A stretch of 35,243 nucleotides of DNA, taken from positions 1 to 35,243 of the forward strand of contig NIVC01004776.1 of the NCBI GenBank assembly GCA_002269645.1. The letters run 5' to 3'. Shown here in pieces: positions 19,534 through 31,464 of the stretch. A program made the translations under genes and the position numbers. Origin of the DNA: Macrostomum lignano. Its lineage: Eukaryota. The notes under the pieces were generated by a model. It saw only the letters and a list, made by a program, of their open reading frames with translations, had not been told where the DNA came from and did no database searches. How positions within the stretch are numbered: the first letter of the stretch is position 1; the number at the start of each line of letters is the position of its first letter.

Positions 19534-20833
19534 ATGCAGCAGCAGCAGCAGCAGCAGCTCAGGCACCTCGGCAGGCCCCGGGTGAGCACCAGCCTTCCAA
19601 TCACCAGTCTGGGCCTCGAGTCGCAGCCGAACCAACCGGCGGGGCAGCTCCCGGTGCCGCTGCCGCCGACGCCGCCGGCCGCTGCTCGCTACTTCAGCGT
19701 CATCGGCGGACCCCGCTCGGAGTTCCGAGCCAGCCTCCTGCAGCAGCAGCAGCGCCAGCAGCGCAGTCTCCGTCATCAGGCAGGCGGCGGTCGCTACCAG
19801 AACGGCACTGCCTACTCCAACCACTATCAGTTGGCAGCGGCGGCTGCTGCTGCAGCGGCCATTGCGGCCACTTCGGCCAACTCCTCAGCCAACGGCAAGC
19901 CGCATCATCACCACCACCAGCGTCGTCGGTCGTCAAAGTCGCGATCGCATACAGCTTCCGGCGGGCGGAAGCATCATCACCATCAGCAGCATCAGCAGCA
20001 GCAGTACCGGCCCAGGTTCCCCGTCAGCTCCATGGCCGTCCAGGACGATGCTGACAGATCGCCGAATTCGCCTTCATTGTCGCAGACGATGCCGGCTCAG
20101 CAGCAGGCGCAGCCGGAGCTGCCGCACGACGAGACGGAGGCCCGCCTGCTGCTCATCCGGGCGAAGCTCAATCAGCTCAGCGTCCAGCAGGAGCTGGCCG
20201 AGCAGGCCGAGGCGGAGCGGCAGCGTCGTCAACGCCAGCAGCCACGAAATCCAGCAACCTCAAAGACGACCGTCCGAGATCGACTCGTCCCGTCGCTGCG
20301 GCCGCCGGCGAAGCTGCAGCAGCGGCAGCAACAGCAGCGGCTCGAAGCCGCGCCGCCACAGTCTGGAAGTCGCAAAGCTGAGGAGGCGACAAGCGACGTT
20401 GACAGCAACGTCGTAGACGACGAAGATAACGATGGCGACGAAGAATGTGACGACGACGATGAGGAAATCGACGATGGCATTGACGACAACGGTGACAACG
20501 ATGGCAGCCTGTTGAACGGTCTTGAGGACGACCTTGAAGAGGACGACAACTCAACAATGAGCATTGACACTGGCGGAGGCTCCTCGCTGCTGGCCTCCAG
20601 GCGACCCAGCGCTGCCGCCGGGGCAGCCGCCGTGGCCGGTCCCCGCCAGCCGGCCGTCATCGCGTCGCTGTTCCCGAACGTGCCCCCGGTGCTGCGGTTC
20701 TCGGCAGAGTCCGACCCGCCGCCCGAGCCGCTACCCTGGGCGCAGCGGAGGCAGCTGAAATGGCGGATGAGCTCCATCACGCCCGTGGTTGTCAAGCGGG
20801 CCATAGCGAGGAGCGGATTTCGCGTTGCTAAAA
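19534..20833 (+). CDS. TTLL4: Tubulin glutamylase TTLL4-like, coding exon 1 of 5; model join(19534..20833,21983..22059,22139..22428,22861..23233,23476..24162), 908 aa
   Basis: Low-complexity Q/H/A/D-rich N-terminus, then SLFPNVPPVLRF...LKWRMSSITPVVVKRAIARSGFR, matching the TTLL4 core start; donor A|GTGAGT at 20834; exons total 2727 nt in frame. The start codon is the least certain part. Confidence 0.85.
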
Positions 20834-21982
20834 GTGAGTGGAGTCGAGTCGAGGACCTTTGGACAGCTGAAAGAGAAGGACGCTTACACTAGGAGTTGTT
20901 AGAAATTGGTGTTACAAAAACTAAGAACTGAAGCGGCCTTCTGCTTCAGGTGTCCATGCGAGGGGCACTGGGTTTCCTAAGGAAGTAACGGAACTCTTAA
21001 AAGTTTGACTGCACTTTTAAAACTCTGGCACTTACTGGGCTGTCTAATAGAGATAGTAGTGGTATTATATTAGCCTACACTTCAATAGTCTCCCTAGTTA
21101 CGAAATAGTTCTAGACCCGGCCTGCTCTTACTCAGGTTCAAGTCTGCATTAACAAAAGCCGGAGACGCAGGCGACTCAATAGTCAATGTGAAGTGTCTGG
21201 CATTGTCAATTCCATCTGCCTGAGAGCGAGAGAGGTATTGGCTAGATGGGGGCAGAGAGCTGGTTGCTTCTGCACAGGGGGCTTCTGTGAGCGCGCGATG
21301 AGAGATGCTTCGCTTAGCTGGCTGCTTGCTTGCTGCGAGCAATCAAAATCCTGTTGCGTTTCCATGGGTAAAAACTGATGAGCAGCCATTGCCTGGAACT
21401 ATAGGTTTAGAGACTTGTATTGCCATCTTAGATATACTCGTTAATCTCGCTTGTTTCCTAGATGAATTTTGCGTGCTATGAACTTCATGAGTCAAGAGTT
21501 AAGAGCTAGGTGTTGACTCAAGGAGTGAGTCAAATTCGTAAGAGTCAAACTCTACCCTTGAATCCTTGACTAGGAGTCGGGATTAAGGAGTGAAGCGTGC
21601 TCCTTCTATAGAACACTGAAAAATATAAACGCCTGAAGGTGAACTCCTAACTCCTAATTCAACGAGTATAGCACGATACAGACCTTTACGAGTTGAGCTC
21701 TCCTAAAGTACACCAGGGAGTCTGCCGCACTCGTTAAGGAAGCTTAGCGCACTGTGGTTCTGTGGCACTGTGGCACGCACTCATGCACACGCTCTCACAG
21801 AGTGTACAGCGGTCCTGACTTTCTACTCGTCAGGCATGTGCACTCTCTGTGCCTTGGGTGCGAATGGCACGACAACCCCCCAGTCAATTTTCGTGCACAA
21901 AGAGAATCCAGGTAAAACTTGTAAAAATTCCAAGCTTCAAAAACTACTCGAATTCATCCTGTGTTCCGCTGTCCTACTCCAG

Positions 21983-22059
21983 AGTCGCACGAATGGCTGG
22001 GCTACTTTGGCAAGCACATGAAACCTGAAGGCTTCAAGGGCGTTCGGGAATACCAGAAG
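21983..22059 (+). CDS. TTLL4: TTLL4 coding exon 2
   Basis: SHEWLGYFGKHMKPEGFKGVREYQK matches DWLGCWGHHMK..F..IREHQK; ctccAG acceptor, GTAATA donor, phases 1 and 0 fit. Confidence 0.92.
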
Positions 22060-22138
22060 GTAATACAACTTGCTACTTTGATTCACTAAGCCTGACTTTT
22101 GTAAGATGGAAAAACTGACTTTGTCTATTGCCGCTCAG

Positions 22139-22428
22139 GTGAACCATTTTCCGGGCAGTTTCACTATTGGCCGAAAAGACCGCCTGTGGCGCTGTTTGCA
22201 CCGGATGCAGTGCCAGTACGGTCGTCGCGAGTTCGATTTCTTTCCGTTAACATTCTGCCTGCCGGGCGACCTCAAGCAGCTCCGCAGGGCGTGGGACGAC
22301 GCAGGCGCCAAGCAGAAATGGATTGTGAAGCCCCCGGCCAGTGCCAGGGGTATCGGGATCCGAGTCGTCAACAAGTGGAAGCAGGTGCCGAAACGGCGGG
22401 CGGTTGTGGTTCAGACCTACCTGGCCAG
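22139..22428 (+). CDS. TTLL4: TTLL4 coding exon 3
   Basis: VNHFPGSFTIGRKDRLW...FFPLTFCLP...KWIVKPPASARGIGI; ctcAG acceptor, GTGAGC donor. Confidence 0.95.
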
Positions 22429-22860
22429 GTGAGCTATTGACGAGGCCGATTGATGAAGATATTGATCGGTACTTGAGCCATACAATCGACGGTAGTCTGT
22501 GGGATGACTAGCCATCCATCATCCATGAATGATCAATTACATTGGGATTTTAGCAGAAGCGTATCAGCCTCGCTGCAAAACTAAACTGCTACAGTTGATT
22601 AAAGATACTAAGGGAATCATGCTTGGCGGTAACCATTCTGAATGGTGATTGGTGAGTACGAGTAGCGCTGTGGTGACGGGTCTGACTCTCGCGTGAACGT
22701 CCTGGCCTGGCGCTCGTTCGTGCAGTTCACACTAATGAAAACCAACATCTACATAGAGAGTGTACATGCCTGCCGACTAGTCAGGGCCTCTAGACGCTCG
22801 GTTTGTCAACTTAACCCCACCTTGGATGACTCCCAAACTAACCGCTAATCTTCCAACCAG

Positions 22861-23233
22861 GCCCTACCTGATCAACGGAAGCAAATTCGACTTGCGCGTT
22901 TACGTCTACGTGACCAGCTTTGATCCGCTGCGAGTCTACGTTCACGAGCGCGGCCTGGTCCGCTTCGCCAGCGTGCCCTACAGCCGGTCAGGCAAGACCA
23001 TCGGCAACCGCTTCATGCACCTCACCAACTACAGCGTCAATAAGCGCAACATCAACTACAGTGCCAGCGGCGGCGAGGCCGAAGAAAGCGACGGCGAAGG
23101 TCACAAATGGAGCCTGCGAGCGTTGTGGGCCCACCTGAGACAGGCGGGCAAAGATCCCGAGGCCGTGTGGTCCAGCATCAAGGATCTGGTGGTGAAAACT
23201 ATCATTGGCGGGGAGTCGCACATCAACTCGCAG
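22861..23233 (+). CDS. TTLL4: TTLL4 coding exon 4
   Basis: PYLINGSKFDLRVYVYVTSFDPLR...GLVRFAS...FMHLTNYSVNK...GHKWSL; ccAG acceptor, GTTGGT donor. Confidence 0.95.
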
Positions 23234-23319
23234 GTTGGTGCCGTTTCGGCTGACTGGAATTTTATTTGCTTCTCTTACACGATCTCCTCTCGTCTCGTCC
23301 ACTCCTCTTCTGTATACCT

Positions 23320-23440
23320 ACTCCGAACCCACCCCGAACCCATCCTGATCCTACCCTGAACCTACCCCGACTCACCCCAAACTCACCCCGAATCCACCCC
23401 GAAATCCACTTTGAGTCCACTTTATCCACACCAAACCCAA
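23320..23440. repeat. Degenerate C-rich ~11-bp repeat (ACCCCGAACCC-like) in TTLL4 intron 4
   Basis: Seen directly; G-rich on the minus strand. Confidence 0.7.
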
Positions 23441-23475
23441 AGCCAAGCCTCACTTTCGGCTGCTCAAATCCGCAG

Positions 23476-24162
23476 GTGAAAGCCTTCTGCCGCCGTCGCT
23501 ACTGCGTCCACGAGCTGTTCGGCTTTGACATCCTGCTAGACGATCGCCTGAAGCCCTGGCTGCTCGAAGTGAACATATCGCCATCGTTGCACTCGAATTC
23601 ACTGCTAGACATCGAAGTTAAAAGCGCCGTCATTCGCGACTTCATGAACCTGGCCGGCTTCCAGCTCCCCGAGCCGGCCTCGGTGATGTCGACCGCGCCA
23701 GGCTCAGCTTCGGCTTCGGCAATGTCGACAATGGCAGATTCTACCAGCGAAGCGGCACCGTACGCTGACAGACGCTGCTGGCCGGAGAGGCCGCTGAGCT
23801 CGGACGAGCGCGCCAAAAAGCTGTGGTTCAGCCAGCGGCCGGACGACCGCAGCATTCTGGACACGCTGACGCCGGACGACGTTCGAGTTCTGGTAGAATC
23901 GATGGACGAATTCGCGCGGGCTGGCGAGTTCGGCCGGGTGTTCCCAGCCGGCGAGGAGGCCGTCACCAGGCGCTACCTCGGCTTCATGGAGCAGCCGCGC
24001 TACTACAATCTGCTGCTCATGCACCACCTGTCCCGCTATCGGGCCTGCGAATCGCAAGGCATCGACGCTCTGGCGGCGATGTGCCGACGAAAATTGCACC
24101 TGGAGTCGCCCACCGCGGATCCCGCGCACCAGTGGAGCGCGCCGTGTGGGAGACGGCATTAA
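23476..24162 (+). CDS. TTLL4: TTLL4 coding exon 5 (catalytic ELFGFD / LEVNISPSL motifs to stop)
   Basis: YCVHELFGFDILLDDRLKPWLLEVNISPSLHSNSLLDIEVK...NLAGFQLP...LTPDDVRVLVESMDEFARAGEFGRVFP; cgcAG acceptor; stop at 24162 (a further exon cannot be excluded). Confidence 0.9.
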   Translation: MKAFCRRRYCVHELFGFDILLDDRLKPWLLEVNISPSLHSNSLLDIEVKSAVIRDFMNLAGFQLPEPASVMSTAPGSASASAMSTMADSTSEAAPYADRRCWPERPLSSDERAKKLWFSQRPDDRSILDTLTPDDVRVLVESMDEFARAGEFGRVFPAGEEAVTRRYLGFMEQPRYYNLLLMHHLSRYRACESQGIDALAAMCRRKLHLESPTADPAHQWSAPCGRRH

Positions 24163-24966
24163 AGTGTAGAAAAGAGAGAAAGAGAGAGAGAATTGCATTT
24201 CAATTCCGTAGTAGCATGCAGCTATATTATAACAATATTAGAGATGGTGAAACGATTCCTTTATGGTGAGCACAATAAGGTACGGTCCGCAGCGTAGCAA
24301 CAATAGCTCAGCAGTTAGTCATGCATTACATTCCTGAATTTCGCCAATTTTGTTAGAGGCCGGTTGCAAGTTTCAGTCTTTTCGTAGCTAATATCTCACC
24401 TTCTGAGCTTCGGAATTTCAACTATAGCAAGAATGCGTTTCGTTTAAGATGCACTCGCAAGTTTGTCAAGTGAAAAGGTTGAGAGCGTATTACTGGAGAG
24501 TGGCAACGCTTAATTAAAGTACAATTGTGTTTTTATTATCGAATTTCACTAAGATTTGCTGTTTTGCACATCGCTGAATCCTGTACCTAGCTACATAGCA
24601 TTTCATGAAACAATAGCTAGATAACCTTGAGAGTGCGACTTGAGCGAAACAAAACTCTCGTTGAAAACGTTACAGTGACAAGAATAGCTATAAAGTCATT
24701 GCAAACAACTCAACTAGTGACTCTAGCGGCCCTGGGGCCGACTGTTGCGACTTTTTAACGACTCAAACGACTGTAATGCGACGTAGAGGTAGGTGACTGT
24801 TGAGTCTCGAGCGCATTGCGTGAGTTGCTGAACCGTAAAAAAGTCGTGAAAAGTCGTCCAAGTGTCGTTGTGTTATCGTTTGACTTTCTACTAACTCAAG
24901 TAGATTAAATACAGTTGTTATAAATGTGAAATGCGATTCAAATTCATGAAAGTAAAGATGCGCTTT

Positions 24967-25961
24967 AGACACAACTTAGTGACTCTGCAGCAACTCCAGC
25001 ACGCCTCTGACACGACTCAGTGACTCTGCAGCAACTCTAGCACGCCTCAGACACGACTCAGTGACTCTGCAGCAACTCTAGCACGCCTCAGACACAACTC
25101 AGTGACTCTGCAGCAACTCTAGCACGCCTCAGACACAACTCAGTGACTCTGCAGCAACTCTAGCACGCCTCAGACACAACTCAGTGACTCTGCAGCAACT
25201 CTAGCACGCCTCAGACACAACTCAGTGACTCTGCAGCAACTCTAGCACGCCTCAGACACAACTCAGTGACTCTGCAGCAACTCCAGCACGCCTCAGACAC
25301 AACTCAGTGACTCTGCAGCAACTCCAGCACGCCTCAGACACGACTCAGTGACTCTGCAGCAACTCTAGCACGCCTCAGACACAACTCAGTGACTCTGCAG
25401 CAACTCTAGCACGCCTCAGACACAACTCAGTGACTCTGCAGCAACTCCAGCACGCCTCAGACACAACTCAGTGACTCTGCAGCAACTCCAGCACGCCTCA
25501 GACACGACTCAGTGACTCTGCAGCAACTCCAGCACGCCTCAGACACAACTCAGTGACTCTGCAGCAACTCTAGCACGCCTCAGACACAACTCAGTGACTC
25601 TGCAGCAACTCCAGCACGCCTCAGACACAACTCAGTGACTCTGCAGCAACTCCAGCACGCCTCAGACACAACTCAGTGACTCTGCAGCAACTCCAGCACG
25701 CCTCAGACACGACTCAGTGACTCTGCAGCAACTCCAGCACGCCTCAGACACAACTCAGTGACTCTGCAGCAACTCTAGCACGCCTCAGACACAACTCAGT
25801 GACTCTGCAGCAACTCCAGCACGCCTCAGACACAACTCAGTGACTCTGCAGCAACTCCAGCACGCCTCAGACACGACTCAGTGACTCTGCCGCAACTCTA
25901 GCACGCCTCAGACACGACTTAGTGACTCTGCAGCAACTCTAGCACGCCTCAGACACGACTC
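24967..25961. repeat. 41-bp minisatellite (AGTGACTCTGCAGCAACTCYAGCACGCCTCAGACACRACTC)n, ~24 copies
   Basis: Period 41 seen directly. Confidence 0.97.
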
Positions 25962-27440
25962 TACGGCCCCAGAGTCATTGTAGAATCACCCAAAGCCTTT
26001 TCATAGTCGCAGACTAAAACGCCACAAATTAATTCTTAGGACGAATTTTTGGCGACTTGTATCGTGACATCTTGTCGTTTTAGAGTCGTCTTGAGTCACT
26101 TCTTTCCCATTTTACCTGTGTTACCTGTAAGGACTCTGAAACGATTCTGGGGTGACGCAAGTGACTCTGAGAAGACGCTTCTTGGCCTGAGTACCGTTTT
26201 TATCGGACTTATTTAGAATTCGAATGTACAGAATGGGAGAACGGGGCGACACAGAAGCACAATTGTCAGTGAGCAAACTTCTTAAATTTATACCTTTGTA
26301 TGGCACCGTGTCTTTAACGTATTGTGTCAGCGGTCCTGGTGTTTTTCAACTCCGGATCTTCTCTTTAAAATGGTATATTAAGACTACTGTTACCAGCAGT
26401 AGCATGCTGAGCATATTGTGCGCTGAATTGCCTGACTGATGCATCATACCTCTTTGCATTGTTGTGTTGTTGTGCTTTATTTCAAATTCAAGATTTTGTG
26501 TGTTCAAAGAGAATACCTAACTATACACATATAGCTATAGTCTGATCACATATTGTTATTTGTCTGACAGATTTCACTAATTTTCTTTTATACTGTGACA
26601 ATATTTGCCAAAAAATATAATATATACATACTGTTTTACCTGGTGTTTAACTTCAGTAACGAGTATATCGATGAATTTATTGATTCACAAAACTTTCTTA
26701 CTTATACGGTCGTCACAAATGAAGTGACCGAGATTTTATCAAACTAAAGACTTTTAGTGTTGTGGCACAGCTACTGCCGCAAATGAAGGCGACAGAACTG
26801 CAACTGTTTAAACAAATTAATTGTTTCAAACAACTTAATCTGTCTGTTAATCATCCAGTTCTAAGCCTTGTAAAAGATTTCTAATTTACAACACGAAATA
26901 TTCGAAATTATTATTTTGCAGAATGCAAACTCGAACAAACCATATTCAACTTGAGCGCACTCTCCATATCCCAGTTTCTGCCTAGACCGGTTCTAACCGG
27001 TACAGAGAAGGACGCTGAGAAGTTCGGTGAGTCACGTGAATCACGTGAATAATTGATGAACAGCCCCTCTAAGTCCAAAGGAAACAATCTGATGACAGAA
27101 GCAAATGAAACCGTCTTTTTGCAATATCCTTATTTCAAAAAAAGTCGAAGAAAAGCGAATAGGATTTGCCAAAAATGACAATAGATCTTGTTCACCTGAG
27201 TTGTAGCAATTTCCTTTGCATTTCGCACAAATTACGTCGTTGGCTTCTTATTGGCAAAGTGACTTTCTAAGTTACTTCTAGAAGAGAGACACCACAGGGA
27301 CTCCCACCTTACCTTTTTCAGGCGCTGCGTGCCTGCTGCGTTAATTAAAAGCAAATTAAATCATGTTATTAAAAGTACAAGTTACCTCTGTCTTCAGAGC
27401 GTACCGAACTTCTTTGTTCTGTTAATCATTAGAGATCTTT

Positions 27441-28712
27441 CAACAGACTCTTGCACAGTTGCACCAACAGACTCTTGCACAGTTGCACCAACAGACTCTT
27501 GCATGGTTGCACCAACAGACTCTTGCATGGTTGCACCAACAGACTCTTGCACAGTTGCATTAACAGACTCTTGCACAGTTGCACCAACAGACTCTTGCAC
27601 AGTTGCATTAACAGACTCTTGCACAGTTGCACCAACAGACTCTTGCACAGTTGCATTAACAGACTCTTGCACAGTTGCATTAACAGACTCTTGCACAGTT
27701 GCATTAACAGACTCTTGCACAGTTGCATTAACAGACTCTTGCACAGTTGCATTAACAGACTCTTGCAAAGTTGCATTAACAGACTCTTGCACAGTTGCAT
27801 TAACAGACTCTTGCACAGTTGCATTAACAGACTCTTGCATGGTTGCATTAACAGACTCTTGCACAGTTGCATTAACAGACTCTTGCACAGTTGCATTAAC
27901 AGACTCTTGCAAAGTTGCATTAACAGACTCTTGCACAGTTGCATTAACAGACTCTTGCACAGTTGCATTAACAGACTCTTGCACAGTTGCATTAACAGAC
28001 TCTTGCACAGTTGCATTAACAGACTCTTGCAAAGTTGCATTAACAGACTCTTGCACAGTTGCATTAACAGACTCTTGCACAGTTGCAACAACAGACTCTT
28101 GCACAGTTGCACCAACAGACTCTTGCACAGTTGCACCAACAGACTCTTGCACAGTTGCACCAACAGACTCTTGCACAGTTGCAACAACAGACTCTTGCAC
28201 AGTTGCAACAACAGACTCTTGCACAGTTGCAACAACAGACTCTTGCACAGTTGCACCAACAGACTCTTGCACAGTTGCATCAACAGACTTTTGCACAGTT
28301 GCATCAACAGACTCTTGCACAGTTGCACTAACAGACTCTTGCACAGTTGCAACAACAGACTCTTGCACAGTTGCACCAACAGACTCTTGCACAGTTGCAC
28401 CAACAGACTCTTGCACTGTTGCACCAACAGACTCTTGCACAGTTGCACCAACAGACTCTTGCACAGTTGCACCAACAGACTCTTGCACAGTTGCACCAAC
28501 AGACTCTTGCACAGTTGCACCAACAGACTCTTGCACTGTTGCACCAATAGACTCTTGCACAGTTGCATCAACAGACTCTTGCATGGTTGCACCAATAGAC
28601 TCTTGCACAGTTGCACCAACAGACTCTTGCACAGTTGCATCAACAGACTCTTGCATGGTTGCACCAATAGACTCTTGCACAGTTGCATCAACAGACTTGT
28701 ACGGTTGCACCA
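27441..28712. repeat. 24-bp minisatellite (AACAGACTCTTGCACAGTTGCA[CC/TT/AC/TC])n, ~53 copies
   Basis: Period 24 seen directly; accounts for the long repetitive ORFs in five frames. Confidence 0.97.
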
Positions 28713-30362
28713 CATTAACTTGTAAATTCTCAACATAGACAGCACATTACATAAATTTGTAACACTGTGTTTGAATGCAGAATTTAATGGAATATCAGCG
28801 AAACTACTTCTGTAATGCTTTTAAACTGGTCATTGAGAGACAGACAACTTTCTATTCAAAATAGTGCCTACATCATCAAAACCTTTTCCTGTCCTTAAAT
28901 GACCTAATGGACGGCCAAATTTCGTTTTCAAAGTGTTCCTGCAGTCGAAAGCGCAATGCTAATTTGATGCCCAATACTAGGCATAATATATTGCCCAGCT
29001 GTGACTACAGCTGTCTCGCCCTTTCGCCCTCTCCGGTCAGGACAAAGGTCCATGCAGCAGTCAACATCGCTCGTCGCGCAACCAGCCATCAGCTTCAAAG
29101 CGGGTAAGTCCACCCACCGCCAAGCAAAGTCCTTTCGCCTGTTTCTGCAGAAAGTTTTTTCTCCACCATACAGGCAGTCATAAAAAGCAACACGTCTAGG
29201 ATCTTTGTTGCTGCTTTCGGATTCGGACAAAAACATATCAGCTGGGCGTCGCTTTCATCTCGCCGCCGCCTCGTTTGAAAGCCATCTGAGGGGGAGAGAT
29301 GGACTTTTGACCCGAGGAAACTAGTGGAATAAGGTATCAGGGAGAAGGACGAGAATCCTTAAGACGTACCGTTCCCTAATATTCCAGAGTTTCAAGTATC
29401 CCTGCAAGTCCAGGTGCGCTGGCGACCTCAGACGACCCCGTCTGGGAGGCCGATTCCTTACCCGAAATTGCCCGTTTAATATGTTACCTTTGAAGGGCAA
29501 GGGAAAGTGAAGGTTCAACTCAAGGCTAACGCAGCCTTGAACTTGCTGACGTGGTGAAAGCAAATCCAACTTTGTTTCCGGCCTTGATTGCCCAGTTGCT
29601 AGAGTTATTAGCCAATGCACTAGTCTTGATGAAGCAGGCGTCAAGAGGCATGATTGCCCTACAGTACAAACTTGGTGAACTCACAAATTCAAAAAGCATT
29701 TAATAGGATTCGTTTATTGCATTTGACTATATAGACAAGTTAAGTATTTCCATATAGAGTTGTTCCGTCTCAGTCTGATGTCAAAACTTCTGGATACAAT
29801 TAACCTTTTCCCTCTAGCTCTCGGACTTCGCCGCCATTATTTCACCTTCTCTCATCAGGGGGTTTGTCTCATCTCATCAGTCAGGGCCGCTGAAGTCAGG
29901 AGTCAGTGGAATGGACAGAATCGCTTCAGCGCTGGTTGTGTCACAATATCGCGTTGAGAGCGTTGCACCGGGGTCTCCGCTGCCCATCCCATCCGTCTTT
30001 CTCGTCTCCTCACTTTCTCAACGCCTGTCTTTGTCGACAATTGTCTTTATTAATTTGTCACAGTTTGCCGTCATATCGGAGCGCGCTTTCGATTGTTCTC
30101 AAAGCAGGTCAAGACTGACGAGCTTTTTCTGTGATTAATAATTCTGAACTGGACGAACGGAAGGATTAAATGCTGTTCTCTGAGGGGACTGCGTCATTAA
30201 AAATTAATTACAGATTAATTAGGATGCCTAAGGGCCAGTTGAGTTTCTAAATTTACCTCAACTTTTCGGCTGTCTAACATTTCGCAGTCTGTATCTGCAA
30301 GCTAAATACTCTGAAATCTGGTTTTCGAAAAAGGTTCTTTATGTTCTTGATTGTCAAATCCA

Positions 30363-30702
30363 TCTGACTCGATTATGTCTGACCCAGCTTTGTCTGACTC
30401 AGCTTTGTCTGACTCAGCTTTGTCTGACTCAGCTTTGTCTGACCCAGCTTTGTCTGACCCAGCTTTGTCTGACTCAGTTTTGTCTGACCCAGCTTTGTCT
30501 GACCCAGCTTTTTCTGACCCAGATTTGTCTGACCCAGCTTTGTCTGACTCAGCTTTGTCTGACCCAACTTTGTCTGACCCAGTTTTGTCTGACCCAGCTT
30601 TGTCTGACCCAGCTTTGTCTGACCCAGCTTTGTCTGACCCAGCTTTGTCTGACCAGCTTTGTCTGACTCAGTTTTGTCTGACTCAGCTTTGTCTGACTCA
30701 GT
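30363..30702. repeat. 15-bp minisatellite (TCTGACYCAGCTTTG)n, ~23 copies
   Basis: Period 15 seen directly; one 1-nt deletion near 30655. Confidence 0.96.
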
Positions 30703-31464
30703 GGTCATCAAAACCACTTTTTCGAACTTCTGGGACCTAAAGTTATGTAGCTTAACACCTTTCATAAGCTTGACTTTCGTGGTCCGCACTTGCATCTTGC
30801 ACCGCATTGGTGCTTAGCAGTTGATTGAAATGTTATTCAGCTAATCGTTTTCTGTAGAATCGACATTGAAATGTTATTTCCATTCCAGAGGATAGATTAG
30901 GCTGGCTCGTATAATGATTAGTTGATAAGAATGGCGGAATTACGAGCAATAAGGGAAGTTCGGCTGCACCGAAAGCGAAGAGACATTCCGAGAACGCAGT
31001 CCCTGCAGGGAGCGAGATCCGGTTTTTATCGGGTATCTCATATCAGGTACTTCGGATAAAAGGGCCAACTCCTAAAAATGGAAGGATGGAGGACAGGATA
31101 ATTTCGATCTAAAGACTCAGTGGGCGGCGAGTTAACAGGTGGCCTAGAAATCGTTTATCTTGGTGCCTGGATGATCTGCTCCCAAACTGGAGTGGAAACC
31201 GGCTTCCCGACTCAGAGGAAGTCCAGCTGACTGGAATTCAGATCAAATAGAAAAACCGGTTCGGCCCTGTGTGCAATATCTTCTGCTTAATACTCGGCCA
31301 GTCTAAATATGGAATTTGAAGAACTGATATGATTAGAGCTGAGAAAACGATATTAATTAAGAAATTATAACATCTAAATCATAACTTGTAACAGAAGTTA
31401 AAGTTTGCTTCTAAATAGAGCCTTAGGTCTGCATCTAGGGCTGCATTTTTGGTTGTCAAGAAAT

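Noticed and set aside
20395-20560. Long Asp/Glu tract before the TTLL4 catalytic core as a novel tubulin-tail mimic
   Set aside because: Acidic low-complexity stretches are usual in TTLL4 N-termini and in this genome's proteins; nothing specific.
27329-28745. Four 424-469 aa ORFs on both strands
   Set aside because: All are translations of the 24-bp minisatellite; the unit is a multiple of 3 with few stops, and there is no unique domain.
28907-29957. GC-balanced stretch with several 60-107 aa ORFs
   Set aside because: I translated several frames and recognised no domain or splice-consistent exon; it may be an unrecognised repeat fragment.
30318-30730. TTCGAAAAAG / CTTTTTCGAA on either side of the 15-bp array as TIRs
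   Set aside because: Only 10 bp, A/T-rich, with no extension or TSD.
30351-30807. (SDPAL)n and (LGQTK)n ORFs, superficially pentapeptide-repeat proteins
   Set aside because: Products of the 15-bp array; the frame breaks at a 1-nt deletion and flanks are non-coding.
30900-31320. Coding-like composition upstream of the 32-bp repeat
   Set aside because: Frames checked are interrupted by stops and show no recognisable motif.
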